Part shown: positions 1 to 8,829 of the stretch, one piece after another
How the letters are laid out: every line of letters starts with the position of its first letter
Numbering within the stretch: the stretch's first letter is position 1
Source of the DNA: Nitrospinota bacterium
GTDB lineage: Bacteria; Nitrospinota_A; UBA7883; JACRLM01
DNA: 36,496 nt
Direction: 5' to 3'
Assembly (NCBI GenBank): GCA_015231995.1
Contig: JADGAO010000002.1
Coordinates: 2,500-38,995 of the forward strand
The notes under the pieces: model-generated
Told to the model about the DNA's origin: nothing
The model's database searches: none
What the model saw: only the letters and a program-made list of their open reading frames with translations
Made by a program: the position numbers and the translations under genes

Positions 1-410
1 AACCACGAGCCGGACATCACATGCTCATGAAGTTTGCCGACCGTCTTCTCGCGTTTGACGTCTATCCCCTTGAGGAAGACCCCGGAGCTGGCCGACCCCG
101 CCGCTGAAAGGCCGTAGCCGTAAAGCCGGGGCGCCGCGTAAAACCCCTGCGCCTCAAGCTTGCTTACAAGGGCTGAAGAGTCCTGCGCGAACTTGTAAAA
201 ATCCATGTCGTCTCTGTATCCAGCGCGGTGTATCTGGATGTCTCCCACCTCCATGTCCACCACGTTGCGGATCATGGTCAGCATCACCCCTTCCATCAGC
301 GATCCGTACAGTATCATTATCCCGCCCGCCAGCCCCATTGCGCCCACCGTGACGGCGGCGCGTAGCCTGTTGCGGGCGGCGTTACGCAGGGCGAACAGGG
401 GGATGTTCAT
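1..410 (-). CDS. ABC transporter permease, LolE/FtsX/MacB family (5' part only; runs off the window edge)
   Basis: Not in the ORF track; translated by hand from ATG at 410, which overlaps the upstream TGA (TGATG): MNIPLFALRNAARNRLRAAVTVGAMGLAGGIMILYGSLMEG...GDIQIH...GVFLRGID. 'A.RN..RN..R' plus a TM helix is the typical LolE/MacB N-terminus. Confidence 0.85.
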   Translation of the reverse strand, partial: MNIPLFALRNAARNRLRAAVTVGAMGLAGGIMILYGSLMEGVMLTMIRNVVDMEVGDIQIHRAGYRDDMDFYKFAQDSSALVSKLEAQGFYAAPRLYGYGLSAAGSASSGVFLKGIDVKREKTVGKLHEHVMSGSW

Positions 411-1189
411 CAGTCGCGCCTCAGGCGGGAGATGGAGAAAAACGAGTCGTCAATATCCACGTCCAGATTAAGCGATTCGTAAACTAGCTCAGTGAACTCG
501 CCGGGTTTGTCTTGCGGCGTCACTCTCATTATCGCGGGGAGCCTGCGCCCCGAAAAAATTTTTATATCCTTGAAGACTATTGTCCGCGACGGTTTCATAT
601 CCTCGTCGTAAAACACCTCAGTCACCGGCAGATAGTCATCGCCCTCCACGTTGAGCGTCATGGTTATCTTGCCCCACACGACAGCCGCGTCCGGTTTGGG
701 GGTCAATGTAAAATCCATGACGTACGCGCCATCCCGTTTCCCCTCGAACGTCACGACGGAGTCGAAATCCTCCGTCATGCGCGACTCTTTGACCAGATCG
801 TCGTTAGTCAGGTGGCTTCCCATCCACGAGCCGGACATCATCCCGGATGTCAGCCGGATAGTCTTGTCCGTCTTGGGCAGGTATGTGTAGATGGTGGAGC
901 CGGACTTGAGCGTGGCCGTTCCTTTTTCCTTTAGCGGGCTGGTGACGCGCACCAGCGACATGTCCTTCCCCTTCGACCAACCTTCAAGGCTCATGGCGCG
1001 GGTATAATTAGCTGTGGCGACTTTCATTGTTAGTACGGCGTGGGAGGATTTGCCGCGCCACATGTCGTCAACCCTGTCGAGAATCTCTTTTGCGCGGGCG
1101 GCTCCGTCCGGTTTATCGGCGGCCAAACAGTGGCCCCCTGCGACCGCAGTGAAAAGTATCGCAAAAATGAGAGTGAATTTTGCGTCCAT
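410..1189 (-). CDS. LolA-like outer-membrane lipoprotein-sorting protein
   Basis: Signal peptide (MDAKFTLIFAILFTAVAG...CLA) and motifs 'SPLKEKGTATLK', 'SWMGSHLTNDDL', 'FFSISRL'; coupled to the LolE-like permease. The start at 1189 is preferred because the ORF-track start at 1219 lies in a repeat. Confidence 0.8.
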   Translation of the reverse strand: MDAKFTLIFAILFTAVAGGHCLAADKPDGAARAKEILDRVDDMWRGKSSHAVLTMKVATANYTRAMSLEGWSKGKDMSLVRVTSPLKEKGTATLKSGSTIYTYLPKTDKTIRLTSGMMSGSWMGSHLTNDDLVKESRMTEDFDSVVTFEGKRDGAYVMDFTLTPKPDAAVVWGKITMTLNVEGDDYLPVTEVFYDEDMKPSRTIVFKDIKIFSGRRLPAIMRVTPQDKPGEFTELVYESLNLDVDIDDSFFSISRLRRD

Positions 1190-1233
1190 GCCAACCATTG
1201 TAACTCCACTAGTTGTCATTTTGAACGAAGCGT

Positions 1234-1320
1234 TGTCATTCTGAGGCGAAGCCGAAGAATCTATCTAAAAAAAATTTATTCTACTTTGCTTCGGTCGCTA
1301 AGGCCTCCATCAGGATGACA
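1234..1320. repeat. TGTCAT-ended REP/MITE-like element, copy 1
   Basis: Terminal inverted repeats TGTCATTCTGA...TCAGGATGACA around an AT-rich core. Its reverse complement aligns with 8636-8711. An extra partial end lies at 1214-1232. Confidence 0.8.
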
Positions 1321-1332
1321 AAGGAGCAAGGA

Positions 1333-1878
1333 TTAAAGCATCCCGTACAACATCTCAGGTTCCACTAAAACATTGTTGTCCGAATCGCCCATCCATATTT
1401 GCCCATCCTGGATCGCGCAATGTAGCTCCATCGTCTTTTTCGCCATATTCGCCAACGCCCGTGTGGCTGTTTGTGGCAGGACGATCACTTTGAGATTTTG
1501 ATGGCGGGCCAGATTTTCCTCAATAGGCTCCCACCATTTCGGGACAACCCGCCCGCCATAGGCGTAAACGAAAACCCGTTTCGCCCGGTTGCAGGCTTTT
1601 CGTATTCTTCTTTCATCGGGGAGCCCTACGTCTATCCACAACTCGATTTCATTCGACAGGCTTTTTTCCCAGATGTCCGGCTCATCCTCGGCGGATATCC
1701 CCTCGGTGAATTTCAGTCCTTCCGATGCGTTCAGGGCGAAAGCGAGAATGCGCACCATCGTTCTCTCATCGGTTTCGGACGGATGCTGTGCGATGGTCAG
1801 CTTGAGATCGTTGTAATAACCCCGATCCATGTCCGAGACTTGAACCGTGGCCTTGATTATCGTGGCTTTGATGGCCAT
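1333..1878 (-). CDS. yaeQ: YaeQ family protein
   Basis: MAIKATIIKA..SDMDRGYY..AQHPSETDERTMVRILAFAL..EPDIW..WIDVGLPDERRIRKAC is the YaeQ signature. AAGGA upstream of ATG 1878; the longer ORF start runs through a REP element. Confidence 0.93.
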   Translation of the reverse strand: MAIKATIIKATVQVSDMDRGYYNDLKLTIAQHPSETDERTMVRILAFALNASEGLKFTEGISAEDEPDIWEKSLSNEIELWIDVGLPDERRIRKACNRAKRVFVYAYGGRVVPKWWEPIEENLARHQNLKVIVLPQTATRALANMAKKTMELHCAIQDGQIWMGDSDNNVLVEPEMLYGML

Positions 1879-1906
1879 GAGTTTGCTGTCACTTCCTTTT
1901 CGAATT

Positions 1907-1967
1907 GTAGGGGCGAACCTGCGTGTTCGCCCACATGAGGAGGGCAGACACACAGGTCTGCCCCTAC
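1907..1967. repeat. GTAG-family REP doublet (REPIN-like), copy 1
   Basis: GTAGGGGCGAACCTGCGTGTTCGCCC-spacer-GGGCAGACACACAGGTCTGCCCCTAC: two GTAG-headed palindromes in inverted orientation. A near-identical inverted copy is at 5800-5861. Confidence 0.9.
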
Positions 1968-1980
1968 GTTGAATCCGGGG

Positions 1981-3054
1981 TCAACCCACAGCCGGTTGTT
2001 GTTGCGTCAGACAATGCAATGTCCCCAACCCCCACACCAGGTCAACCGCGTGTATCCCCACAACCTTCCGATCCGGGAACAGCTCCGACAATATCCCAAG
2101 CGCCGTCCGGTCGTTTTCGTCGTTAAACGTTGGAACGATCACGAACGCGTTGGAGATATAAAAGTTCGCGTATGACGCTGGAAGCCTCATCCCGTCGCAA
2201 TAAAGAGGCGATGGCATGGGAAGTTGAACCACGTCAATTCTGGAGCCGTCCTCCAGCCTCGCGTCGTTGAGCCGTTCGATGTTTTCCATCAACGGCGCGT
2301 GGTTGGCGTCGCTTCTGTTTTTCTCCACGCAGGCCACGACGGTGTCTCTGTTCACGAACCGGCAGATGTCGTCCACATGGCCGTGCGTGTCGTCGCCTGC
2401 GATTCCCTTGTTAAGCCATATAACGTTTACCGCGCCGAGCGATTCGCGCAAGGCCGTCTCCACATCGGCTTTCCCAAACCCCGGGTTTCGGACTTGAACC
2501 TTATCGTCTAGCAGGCATTCTTCCGTGGTGATCAACGTTCCTGCCCCGTTCACGTCTATCGCGCCGCCTTCCAGCGTGAAAGGCTTATTACCGATGACTG
2601 CGGGGAGTATCGGGAACTTCAGGCGTTTGGCCAGAATCCCTGCCACTTTGTCGTCGAGTTTCCAGTTGTCGTATTTGGCCCACGCGTTGAACCGGAATTT
2701 GGCTATCGCCCTCTCACCCTTCCCGGTTTTTACGAAAATGGGGCCAAAATCGCGCGTCCAGTTGCGGTCGGTGGGAATGACGAAAAACTCCGTTTTCGTA
2801 ACGTCAACGTGAGCTTTTCGCAACACCGCTTTTGCGTCGGTTTCGGCTTTTTTCGACCCGGCGATGATCCGAACCTTCTCGCCTTCGGATATTTTTCTTA
2901 CCATCTCGGCGAAAACCCACTTGATAGGGGCGAATTTGCCGGGCCAGTCGGCGGAGTTCTGCGGCCAGCATATCCATGTGGCTTCGTGCTTCTCCCATTC
3001 GGCGGGCATTCGCAAACCGGCTCCCGTCGGGCCGTTGGATCGGTTTTTCATCAT
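1981..3054 (-). CDS. aguA: Agmatine deiminase (peptidylarginine deiminase family)
   Basis: RMPAEWEKH, WTRDFGP, FNAWAK, LEGG, DDTHGHVD, ASYANF and C-terminal GTLHCLTQQQP (catalytic Cys); adjacent to aguB. Confidence 0.92.
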   Translation of the reverse strand: MMKNRSNGPTGAGLRMPAEWEKHEATWICWPQNSADWPGKFAPIKWVFAEMVRKISEGEKVRIIAGSKKAETDAKAVLRKAHVDVTKTEFFVIPTDRNWTRDFGPIFVKTGKGERAIAKFRFNAWAKYDNWKLDDKVAGILAKRLKFPILPAVIGNKPFTLEGGAIDVNGAGTLITTEECLLDDKVQVRNPGFGKADVETALRESLGAVNVIWLNKGIAGDDTHGHVDDICRFVNRDTVVACVEKNRSDANHAPLMENIERLNDARLEDGSRIDVVQLPMPSPLYCDGMRLPASYANFYISNAFVIVPTFNDENDRTALGILSELFPDRKVVGIHAVDLVWGLGTLHCLTQQQPAVG

Positions 3055-3062
3055 GCGGATGG

Positions 3063-3956
3063 TTATGGCTTGTCGAGGAATTTTTCGGTCACGCCGTCGT
3101 AGATGTCGGTTCTGCGATCGCGCAGGAAAGGCCAGTTGCGCCGCGTCTCCTCTATCCTCGCAGGGTCTATCTGGGCGATGACAACCCCGTTGTGGTCGCT
3201 GGACGCTTCCGTTATCAACGCCCCAAACGGCCCCGCCACAAAACTCCCACCCCAGAATTCAAGACCCGCCGTTCCCTGCGGCTGTTCGAATCCCACGCGG
3301 TTGACCGCCGCAACATACACACCGTTGGCGATGGCGTGCCCGCGCTGAACCGTGCGCCACGCGTCTTTTTGAGCTTCGCCGAACCTCTCCTTTTCCGAAG
3401 GATGCCAGCCTATCGCAGTGGGATAGAAAATGACAGAGGCTCCGTTCAACGCGGTCAGCCGCGCCGCTTCGGGATACCACTGATCCCAGCAGACCAGAAC
3501 GCCTATCCGCCCGAACGGGGTGTCGAACGCGCGGAATCCGAGATCGCCCGGCGTGAAATAATATTTTTCGTAAAACCCCGGGTCGTCGGGGATGTGCGTC
3601 TTTCTGTATATCCCCGCAAGCCCGTCGGGGTTTATCACCGCCGCTGTGTTGTGATAGAGGCCCGGCGCGCGTTTTTCGAAAAGGGAGGCTATCACCGTTA
3701 CGCCGAGTCTGGCCGCCGATTTCGACAACGCCTTCACCGACGGCCCATCAACAGGCTCCGCCAGGTCGAATAAAGACGAGTCCTCCCGCTGGCAGAAATA
3801 ATGAGTGCGGAACAACTCCGGCAGGCAGATGACGTTCGCGCCCATCGTCGCGGCCTGCTCCACCATCTCTACGGCTTTCGCCAGGCTTTTGTCAGTGTCG
3901 TCCGGCACGGCCATCTGGACGAGGCCGATGTTGAATTTACCCATCGCGCCCATCAC
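3063..3956 (-). CDS. aguB: N-carbamoylputrescine amidase (carbon-nitrogen hydrolase)
   Basis: E-K-C triad motifs: LPELF, YRKTHIPDDPGFYEKYYFTPGD, VCWDQWYPEAAR; also PTAIGW and WPFLRDRR. The start may be 3944. Confidence 0.9.
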   Translation of the reverse strand: MMGAMGKFNIGLVQMAVPDDTDKSLAKAVEMVEQAATMGANVICLPELFRTHYFCQREDSSLFDLAEPVDGPSVKALSKSAARLGVTVIASLFEKRAPGLYHNTAAVINPDGLAGIYRKTHIPDDPGFYEKYYFTPGDLGFRAFDTPFGRIGVLVCWDQWYPEAARLTALNGASVIFYPTAIGWHPSEKERFGEAQKDAWRTVQRGHAIANGVYVAAVNRVGFEQPQGTAGLEFWGGSFVAGPFGALITEASSDHNGVVIAQIDPARIEETRRNWPFLRDRRTDIYDGVTEKFLDKP

Positions 3957-4462
3957 TCCGGCTTTTCCACCCGTCGCGTGACTCTGCGGGTCACTCTTCC
4001 TTTGGGTCTGTCAATTATGGTGAACCTGTCGCCCATCGGCACGAAAAGGTCCGCCGCCTGCTTGATCATTTCCGAAGCTGTTTCCGGGTACGACCATACC
4101 TCCACCCTGCAACCTCTGTTTTTCAGATACCAGATCAGCGGCAGATAATCCTTGTCCCCGCCGATAAGCGCCACCACGTCGAGCTTCTCCGACAGCGTCA
4201 CCGCGTCAATGGTCAGCCACGCGTCGGCGTTTTTCACGGGCTGTTTTATCTCGCCACCCATGCTTGTCCAGAACTTGCGGAACTCGTCGCTTATGGTTTT
4301 GTGGATAGGCTTGTAATAGATTATCCGGGTTATTTCCCTGTCGCCCATATCCTCGATGAGCTGGGCGTAGTTGGTCCTGCCCCCGTAAATGTCGTAACCG
4401 GATATCTCCACGTTCTCCGCGTCTATGAAAACGCCCACTTTCTGGTGAATGAGGCTTGACAT
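3953..4462 (-). CDS. NYN domain (LabA/DUF88, PIN-like) protein
   Basis: VFIDAEN, DAWLTIDA, GGDKDYLPLI..GCRVEV, ADLFVP motifs. The stop overlaps the aguB ATG (ATGA). Start at 4462 is preferred over 4495. Confidence 0.85.
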   Translation of the reverse strand: MSSLIHQKVGVFIDAENVEISGYDIYGGRTNYAQLIEDMGDREITRIIYYKPIHKTISDEFRKFWTSMGGEIKQPVKNADAWLTIDAVTLSEKLDVVALIGGDKDYLPLIWYLKNRGCRVEVWSYPETASEMIKQAADLFVPMGDRFTIIDRPKGRVTRRVTRRVEKPE

Positions 4463-4741
4463 TATGCTTTCGCCCTTATTTCCGCATGAAAACAATAAAT
4501 AACTTACCGGCTAACGCATCTTGCGCGCCGGGCTGAAAATACCGCAGTTCGGCCGGTTACGATTTCCCTAAAGGGTCTTTGTCCGCCAGCCGATATGAAT
4601 AATATATTTGACTTCCCAGAAGGATGCAAAGAAACTATGTCTAACTATGATTGGCGCAGGAACCACTCCACCGTGGGCGGGGGGAACGGAGCGCCGGCCC
4701 ATGCCGCCGTAAGACGGTATCCTGAAAGGGCGCGACTGGGG

Positions 4742-5779
4742 ATGTCGGAAGAGTTTAATGTACTGATAACCGCCGCATCGCGCCGTATAGCGCTTATACG
4801 CGGTTTCAAGCGCGCCCTTGCGCAAACCCCCGGCGGCGGCAAGGTTTGGGTTACCGATTACGACAAGTTGGCTCCGGGATTGCGGTTCGCCGACGGCTAT
4901 CACATCGCGCCGCTGTCCAGTTCGGAAGATTATATCCCCACACTTCTGGACGTCTGCAAGAAACGCAAAATAAAACTTATCATCCCTTCGATAGACGAAG
5001 AACTTCCCCTCTTCGGCAGGCATAAAAAAGATTTCATGGATATCGGCGTCATCCCGCTCGTCTCCGACGAGAGGGTCGGCCTGATATGCAACGACAAAAG
5101 CAAGACAGCCTCTTTCTTCACTTCGAACGGTTTTCCTTTCGCAAAGACTTTTCTTCCCGAAGAGGTTGATCCGGATTCCGCCAAATATCCGCTGTTCATA
5201 AAACCCCGGAGCGGCAGAGGCTCCATAGGCGCCCACATGGTCAAAGACGCCAACGAACTCAAATTTTTCAGTTCTTACGTTCCCGAACCTGTGGTGCAGG
5301 AATATCTTGAAGGACGCGAGTACACCATAGACGTCCTGGCCGGACTTGACGGCAGGATACTTTCCATCGTTCCCCGCGAGCGGCTCGTCATCCGCTCCGG
5401 CGTTTCCGATAAGGGAAAAACCCACAGGAGCATGAAGCTCATCGGGCTTTGCAAGGCTATCTGCGAGAGGTTGGGCATTGTGGGGCCGGTGAACATGCAG
5501 TGCAAGGTTCAAAACGGCAGGGCCACCTTCTTCGAGATAAACCCCCGTTTCTCCGGCGCGATACAGCTCACGATAGCGTCGGGCGCGGATTTCTTTTCGA
5601 TGATAATCAACGAGGGAATGGGCCTTCGGCCAAAACCGGCCATCGGGGATTTCAAGGACAATTTCCTGATGTTAAGCTACGAGGACAGCATTTTCGAGCT
5701 TAATGGAGCCGCTATTCCATCCGTCTCGCCACAACTGGTCAGCGGGAAAAAGACCCGCGAGCTGGTAGAGAAGGTATAG
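4742..5779 (+). CDS. ATP-grasp protein, carbamoyl-phosphate-synthase-like (PRK12767-type) family
   Basis: NVLITAASRR, IIPSIDEEL, ICNDK, FIKPRSGRGSIG, QEYLEGREYTID, FEINPRFSG. The ORF is open from 4595 but the recognisable domain starts at ATG 4742. Confidence 0.82.
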   Translation: MSEEFNVLITAASRRIALIRGFKRALAQTPGGGKVWVTDYDKLAPGLRFADGYHIAPLSSSEDYIPTLLDVCKKRKIKLIIPSIDEELPLFGRHKKDFMDIGVIPLVSDERVGLICNDKSKTASFFTSNGFPFAKTFLPEEVDPDSAKYPLFIKPRSGRGSIGAHMVKDANELKFFSSYVPEPVVQEYLEGREYTIDVLAGLDGRILSIVPRERLVIRSGVSDKGKTHRSMKLIGLCKAICERLGIVGPVNMQCKVQNGRATFFEINPRFSGAIQLTIASGADFFSMIINEGMGLRPKPAIGDFKDNFLMLSYEDSIFELNGAAIPSVSPQLVSGKKTRELVEKV

Positions 5780-5799
5780 CAAAGGCCGCAATTTGTTTT

Positions 5800-5861
5800 G
5801 TAGGGGCAGACCTATGTGTCTGCCCTCTTTCATGCGGGCGAACACGCAGGTTCGCCCCTAC
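5800..5861. repeat. GTAG-family REP doublet, copy 2 (inverted relative to copy 1)
   Basis: Reverse complement GTAGGGGCGAACCTGCGTGTTCGCCCGCATGAAAGAGGGCAGACACATAGGTCTGCCCCTAC matches 1907-1967. It sits between convergent genes. Confidence 0.9.
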
Positions 5862-8494
5862 AAATCCTCTCTCTCCAAAAGCTCCCGCGCCATCTGGAGC
5901 GCCTCTTCCTTTGAGCCTATCTTCTTGTCCAACTGGGCGGAGAAAATTTCCTTGAGAATATCCCCAACTCTGCGTGACGGCCTTGCGCCCATCGCGAGTA
6001 TGTCCTCGCCCGTCACCAGAGGTTTCACCCCGGCGTATTCGCTTATGTACCGCGTGACCGCGGAGGTCACGCCCCGGTTGCGCGACCTGGCGGCAAGGTA
6101 AAGCAGGGCCACGTCGTCGGCTTGATGGAAAAGCTCCCGCAACGCCGATGGGGGCGGCGCGAACCTTGTCGTTGCCAGGCTTTCCAGCGCGGTCGCCATG
6201 AAATCTCTTCGTTTGATAGCGTCTCTCAAAATTTTCCGCGACGAATGGAACGTCTCCATCATTTCCACAACCTCGACCCCGCTTAGCGGATCGAGGATGA
6301 CCAGCAACCGCGCCGGCCACAACTCCATCGGCTTTAACGGGAAAGCCAGCCCCATCCAGATGAGCATGTCTTCCATGTCGTCCATGAGCCGCTCCTGCTC
6401 CGGGCCGAACGAAAGGTTTGGATGGATGAACCGGAGCAGTCCCAGTTCCTTCATCCTCTTCAACGCGGCGGTGGGCCTGCGTTCGTTGAGTATCGCCTTT
6501 ATCTCGGCGAAAAGCCTGGCCCCGGAAAGCCGGTTGAACATCTCGTGCCGCACGGCGTTTCGCAGAAGCGACAGGGTTTGTTTGGCGATGTTGAACCCAT
6601 GCCTGCTTTCAAACCGCACAGCGCGGAAGACCCTTGTCGGATCCTCCACGAAACTTAAGTTGTGCAGAACGCGGATGATCTTGTCTTTGATGTCGGCCTG
6701 GCCGCCGAAAAAATCGAGCAATGCGTTGGGCCGCGCGCCGTTTAAGCGTATCGCCATCGCGTTTACGGAAAAGTCGCGCCTGTACAGGTCGTTGCGGATG
6801 GCGCTCATCTCCACGATGGGGAGCGCCGCCGGATGGGTGTAGTACTCCATCCTCGCCGTGGCCACGTCTATCTTCAGGCCGCCGGGAGCCACCACAACCG
6901 CCGTCTTGAACTTCTCGTGGATCCTGGCTCTTCCCGAAAGGCGCGACGCCAGCTTTTTCGCGAAATCCATCCCGTCGCCTTCTATGACGATGTCGAGGTC
7001 GAGATTGGGGATGCGAAGGAGCAGGTCTCGCACGAACCCTCCCGCCAGATAAGCCGTGCAACCGCTTTTGTTGGCGATGTCGCTTATCACATGGATCAAC
7101 TTGGTGACATGGGCCGGCAGGCGTTCTCGCAATACGCCGCTTACGTCCCTCAGCGTTGGGCCGGCTTTCGCCATGCCGGGCGACGACAGCTGTTCCCGTG
7201 CAAGGCTTTCGCCGTAAAGCCTGGCCAGCGCCGCGCCCCTGCTCAAAAGCCCTACCAGCGCCCCCGTTTCCTTGTCCACCACCGGAACCTGTTTCTGCCT
7301 CATGCCAAGCATGATCTCCTCGACCACGTTCGACGGCGTGTCGGGATTTACGCAGGCGAACTCGCTTATCATGAACTCGCTGGCGCGATGATCCCCAAGT
7401 CCGTGATGGATAGCCTTCTCCACTATCTGCCTTGTGATAAGCCCCGCCACTTTCATCCCGTCCATCACCGGCAGGCCGTTTATGTCGTACCTGGTCATGA
7501 GAGTCTCCGCATCGGCGACGGACGAATCCGTGGAGACGGTTATCACGCTTTCCACCATCATGTTGGCGGCCACGGTTTCGTCAACGGTGGCGCGGAGCGC
7601 TTCCCATATTTTCTCGCTCGCCTGCGTGAGGGTCATGTCCTTTATGGTGGCCGACGCGGCTGTGGAGTGTCCGCCCCCGCCCATCATGGTGGCGACCGCT
7701 CCCGCGCTGATTTCCCGTATCCTGCTACGCGCCACGAGGTGGATCCTGTCTTCCATTCGAACGAGGATGAAAAGGCTGTCCAGGTTTTCGATGTCCATTA
7801 TTTTGTGAGCCAGCGAAGCCACGTCGCCCATGTGTCGTTCGACTCCGGCCGTCGCCACCGCCACCGTCCGCCCGCAGATGATGCGGGCCTGCAGGCTTTT
7901 GAGCAGGTTATTGAGAGTGTCTATCTGCTCCGCCGAAAGCTCCCTGCGGATATAGCCCGCCACCATATTCATGTCCGCGCCGCTTCTGGACAGCCACGCA
8001 GACGCCTCGTAATCCTCCGGCGTGGTTGACGGAAAACAGAGCGAGCCTGTGTCCTCGTATATCCCAAGCATGAGCAGTGTGGCTTCGGCGGGCGTGACGC
8101 TCAACCCGCGCTCGCGCAAAATTTCCGTCATTATCGTGGAGGTTGACCCACGTTTTCGTATCACCGTTTCGGCGGATGGTATGTCGCAAGAGGCGGCTGG
8201 GTGATGGTCGTAGATCGTGAATTTCACGCCAGGCCTGTCCACGAGCTCCGCCAGCGGGCCGATCCTGCCCCTGCTGGATGCGTCCACCATCACCACTTCG
8301 CTCACCGAGGCGATATCGAAGTTTTTGAGCCTTACGATGGGAAGGGAGATATCTTCGTGGGCGAGAAAGTCGCGCACGTTTTTTTCCTGTGAGCCGGGGA
8401 AAACGGCGGACGAACCCGGATATAGCTTTATCGCCGCCATCATGGAAGCCAGGCAGTCGAAATCAGCGTTGAGATGCGTTGTGATTATTTTCAC
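5858..8494 (-). CDS. cca: DHH-DHHA1-CBS-domain tRNA nucleotidyltransferase (CCA- or A-adding)
   Basis: N-terminal THLNADFD..YDHH..GGGGH (DHH/DHHA1), a CBS pair, then GGFVRDLLL..DLDIV, DLYRRDF, EDPTRVFRAVRF (class II nucleotidyltransferase). GTG 8494 is the likely start (ORF track gives 8545). Confidence 0.9.
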   Translation of the reverse strand: MKIITTHLNADFDCLASMMAAIKLYPGSSAVFPGSQEKNVRDFLAHEDISLPIVRLKNFDIASVSEVVMVDASSRGRIGPLAELVDRPGVKFTIYDHHPAASCDIPSAETVIRKRGSTSTIMTEILRERGLSVTPAEATLLMLGIYEDTGSLCFPSTTPEDYEASAWLSRSGADMNMVAGYIRRELSAEQIDTLNNLLKSLQARIICGRTVAVATAGVERHMGDVASLAHKIMDIENLDSLFILVRMEDRIHLVARSRIREISAGAVATMMGGGGHSTAASATIKDMTLTQASEKIWEALRATVDETVAANMMVESVITVSTDSSVADAETLMTRYDINGLPVMDGMKVAGLITRQIVEKAIHHGLGDHRASEFMISEFACVNPDTPSNVVEEIMLGMRQKQVPVVDKETGALVGLLSRGAALARLYGESLAREQLSSPGMAKAGPTLRDVSGVLRERLPAHVTKLIHVISDIANKSGCTAYLAGGFVRDLLLRIPNLDLDIVIEGDGMDFAKKLASRLSGRARIHEKFKTAVVVAPGGLKIDVATARMEYYTHPAALPIVEMSAIRNDLYRRDFSVNAMAIRLNGARPNALLDFFGGQADIKDKIIRVLHNLSFVEDPTRVFRAVRFESRHGFNIAKQTLSLLRNAVRHEMFNRLSGARLFAEIKAILNERRPTAALKRMKELGLLRFIHPNLSFGPEQERLMDDMEDMLIWMGLAFPLKPMELWPARLLVILDPLSGVEVVEMMETFHSSRKILRDAIKRRDFMATALESLATTRFAPPPSALRELFHQADDVALLYLAARSRNRGVTSAVTRYISEYAGVKPLVTGEDILAMGARPSRRVGDILKEIFSAQLDKKIGSKEEALQMARELLEREDL

Positions 8495-8585
8495 TTTACG
8501 GCCCGTGAATTTATTATCGTTTTCCGCTATTATTTTAACCCGCATACGGGAAGCGGTGGGGAATCAAAAAAACATTTTGCAGGGG

Positions 8586-8610
8586 CGCGTCGCGACGCGC
8601 TTTTTTTTTT
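8586..8610 (+). terminator. GC palindrome plus T10, Rho-independent terminator-like (or a GYAG REP half)
   Basis: Perfect palindrome GCGCGTCGCGACGCGC followed by ten T and preceded by GCAGGG. No + strand gene lies upstream. Confidence 0.4.
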
Positions 8611-8635
8611 GTGTCATCCGGGGGATGTCGTTCTT

Positions 8636-8711
8636 TGTCATCCTGAGGGAGACCCTGGCGACCGAAGGATCAAAGTATAAAAAATATTTTTTTGATAGAT
8701 TTTTCACTTCG
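8636..8711. repeat. TGTCAT-ended REP/MITE-like element, copy 2 (truncated)
   Basis: TGTCATCCTGAGGGAGACCCTGGCGACCGAAG..CAAAGTA..TTTTTTTGATAGATTTTTCACTTCG aligns with the reverse complement of 1234-1320. Confidence 0.75.
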
Positions 8712-8801
8712 TGGGGTCTTTTAAAATTCACTGTAAAAACCCTTATTCCCACATTCCATACCACACCGAGAACTTTTCTATTCTGTTTTAAAATATTTTA
8801 T

Positions 8802-8829
8802 TTGAAAAAATTATTTTTTGAGTTACTAT
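8802..8829 (+). promoter_or_regulatory. Candidate sigma70 promoter of the kamA cluster
   Basis: TTGAAA-N16-TACTAT in a very AT-rich stretch about 190 bp upstream of the likely start. Confidence 0.4.

Noticed and set aside
6833-8029. Long antisense or alternative-frame ORFs (e.g. 6833-8029, 4568-5512, 10377-11321, 28635-29519, 34099-34986)
   Set aside because: Shadow ORFs of well-supported genes in GC-rich DNA, with no recognisable motifs.
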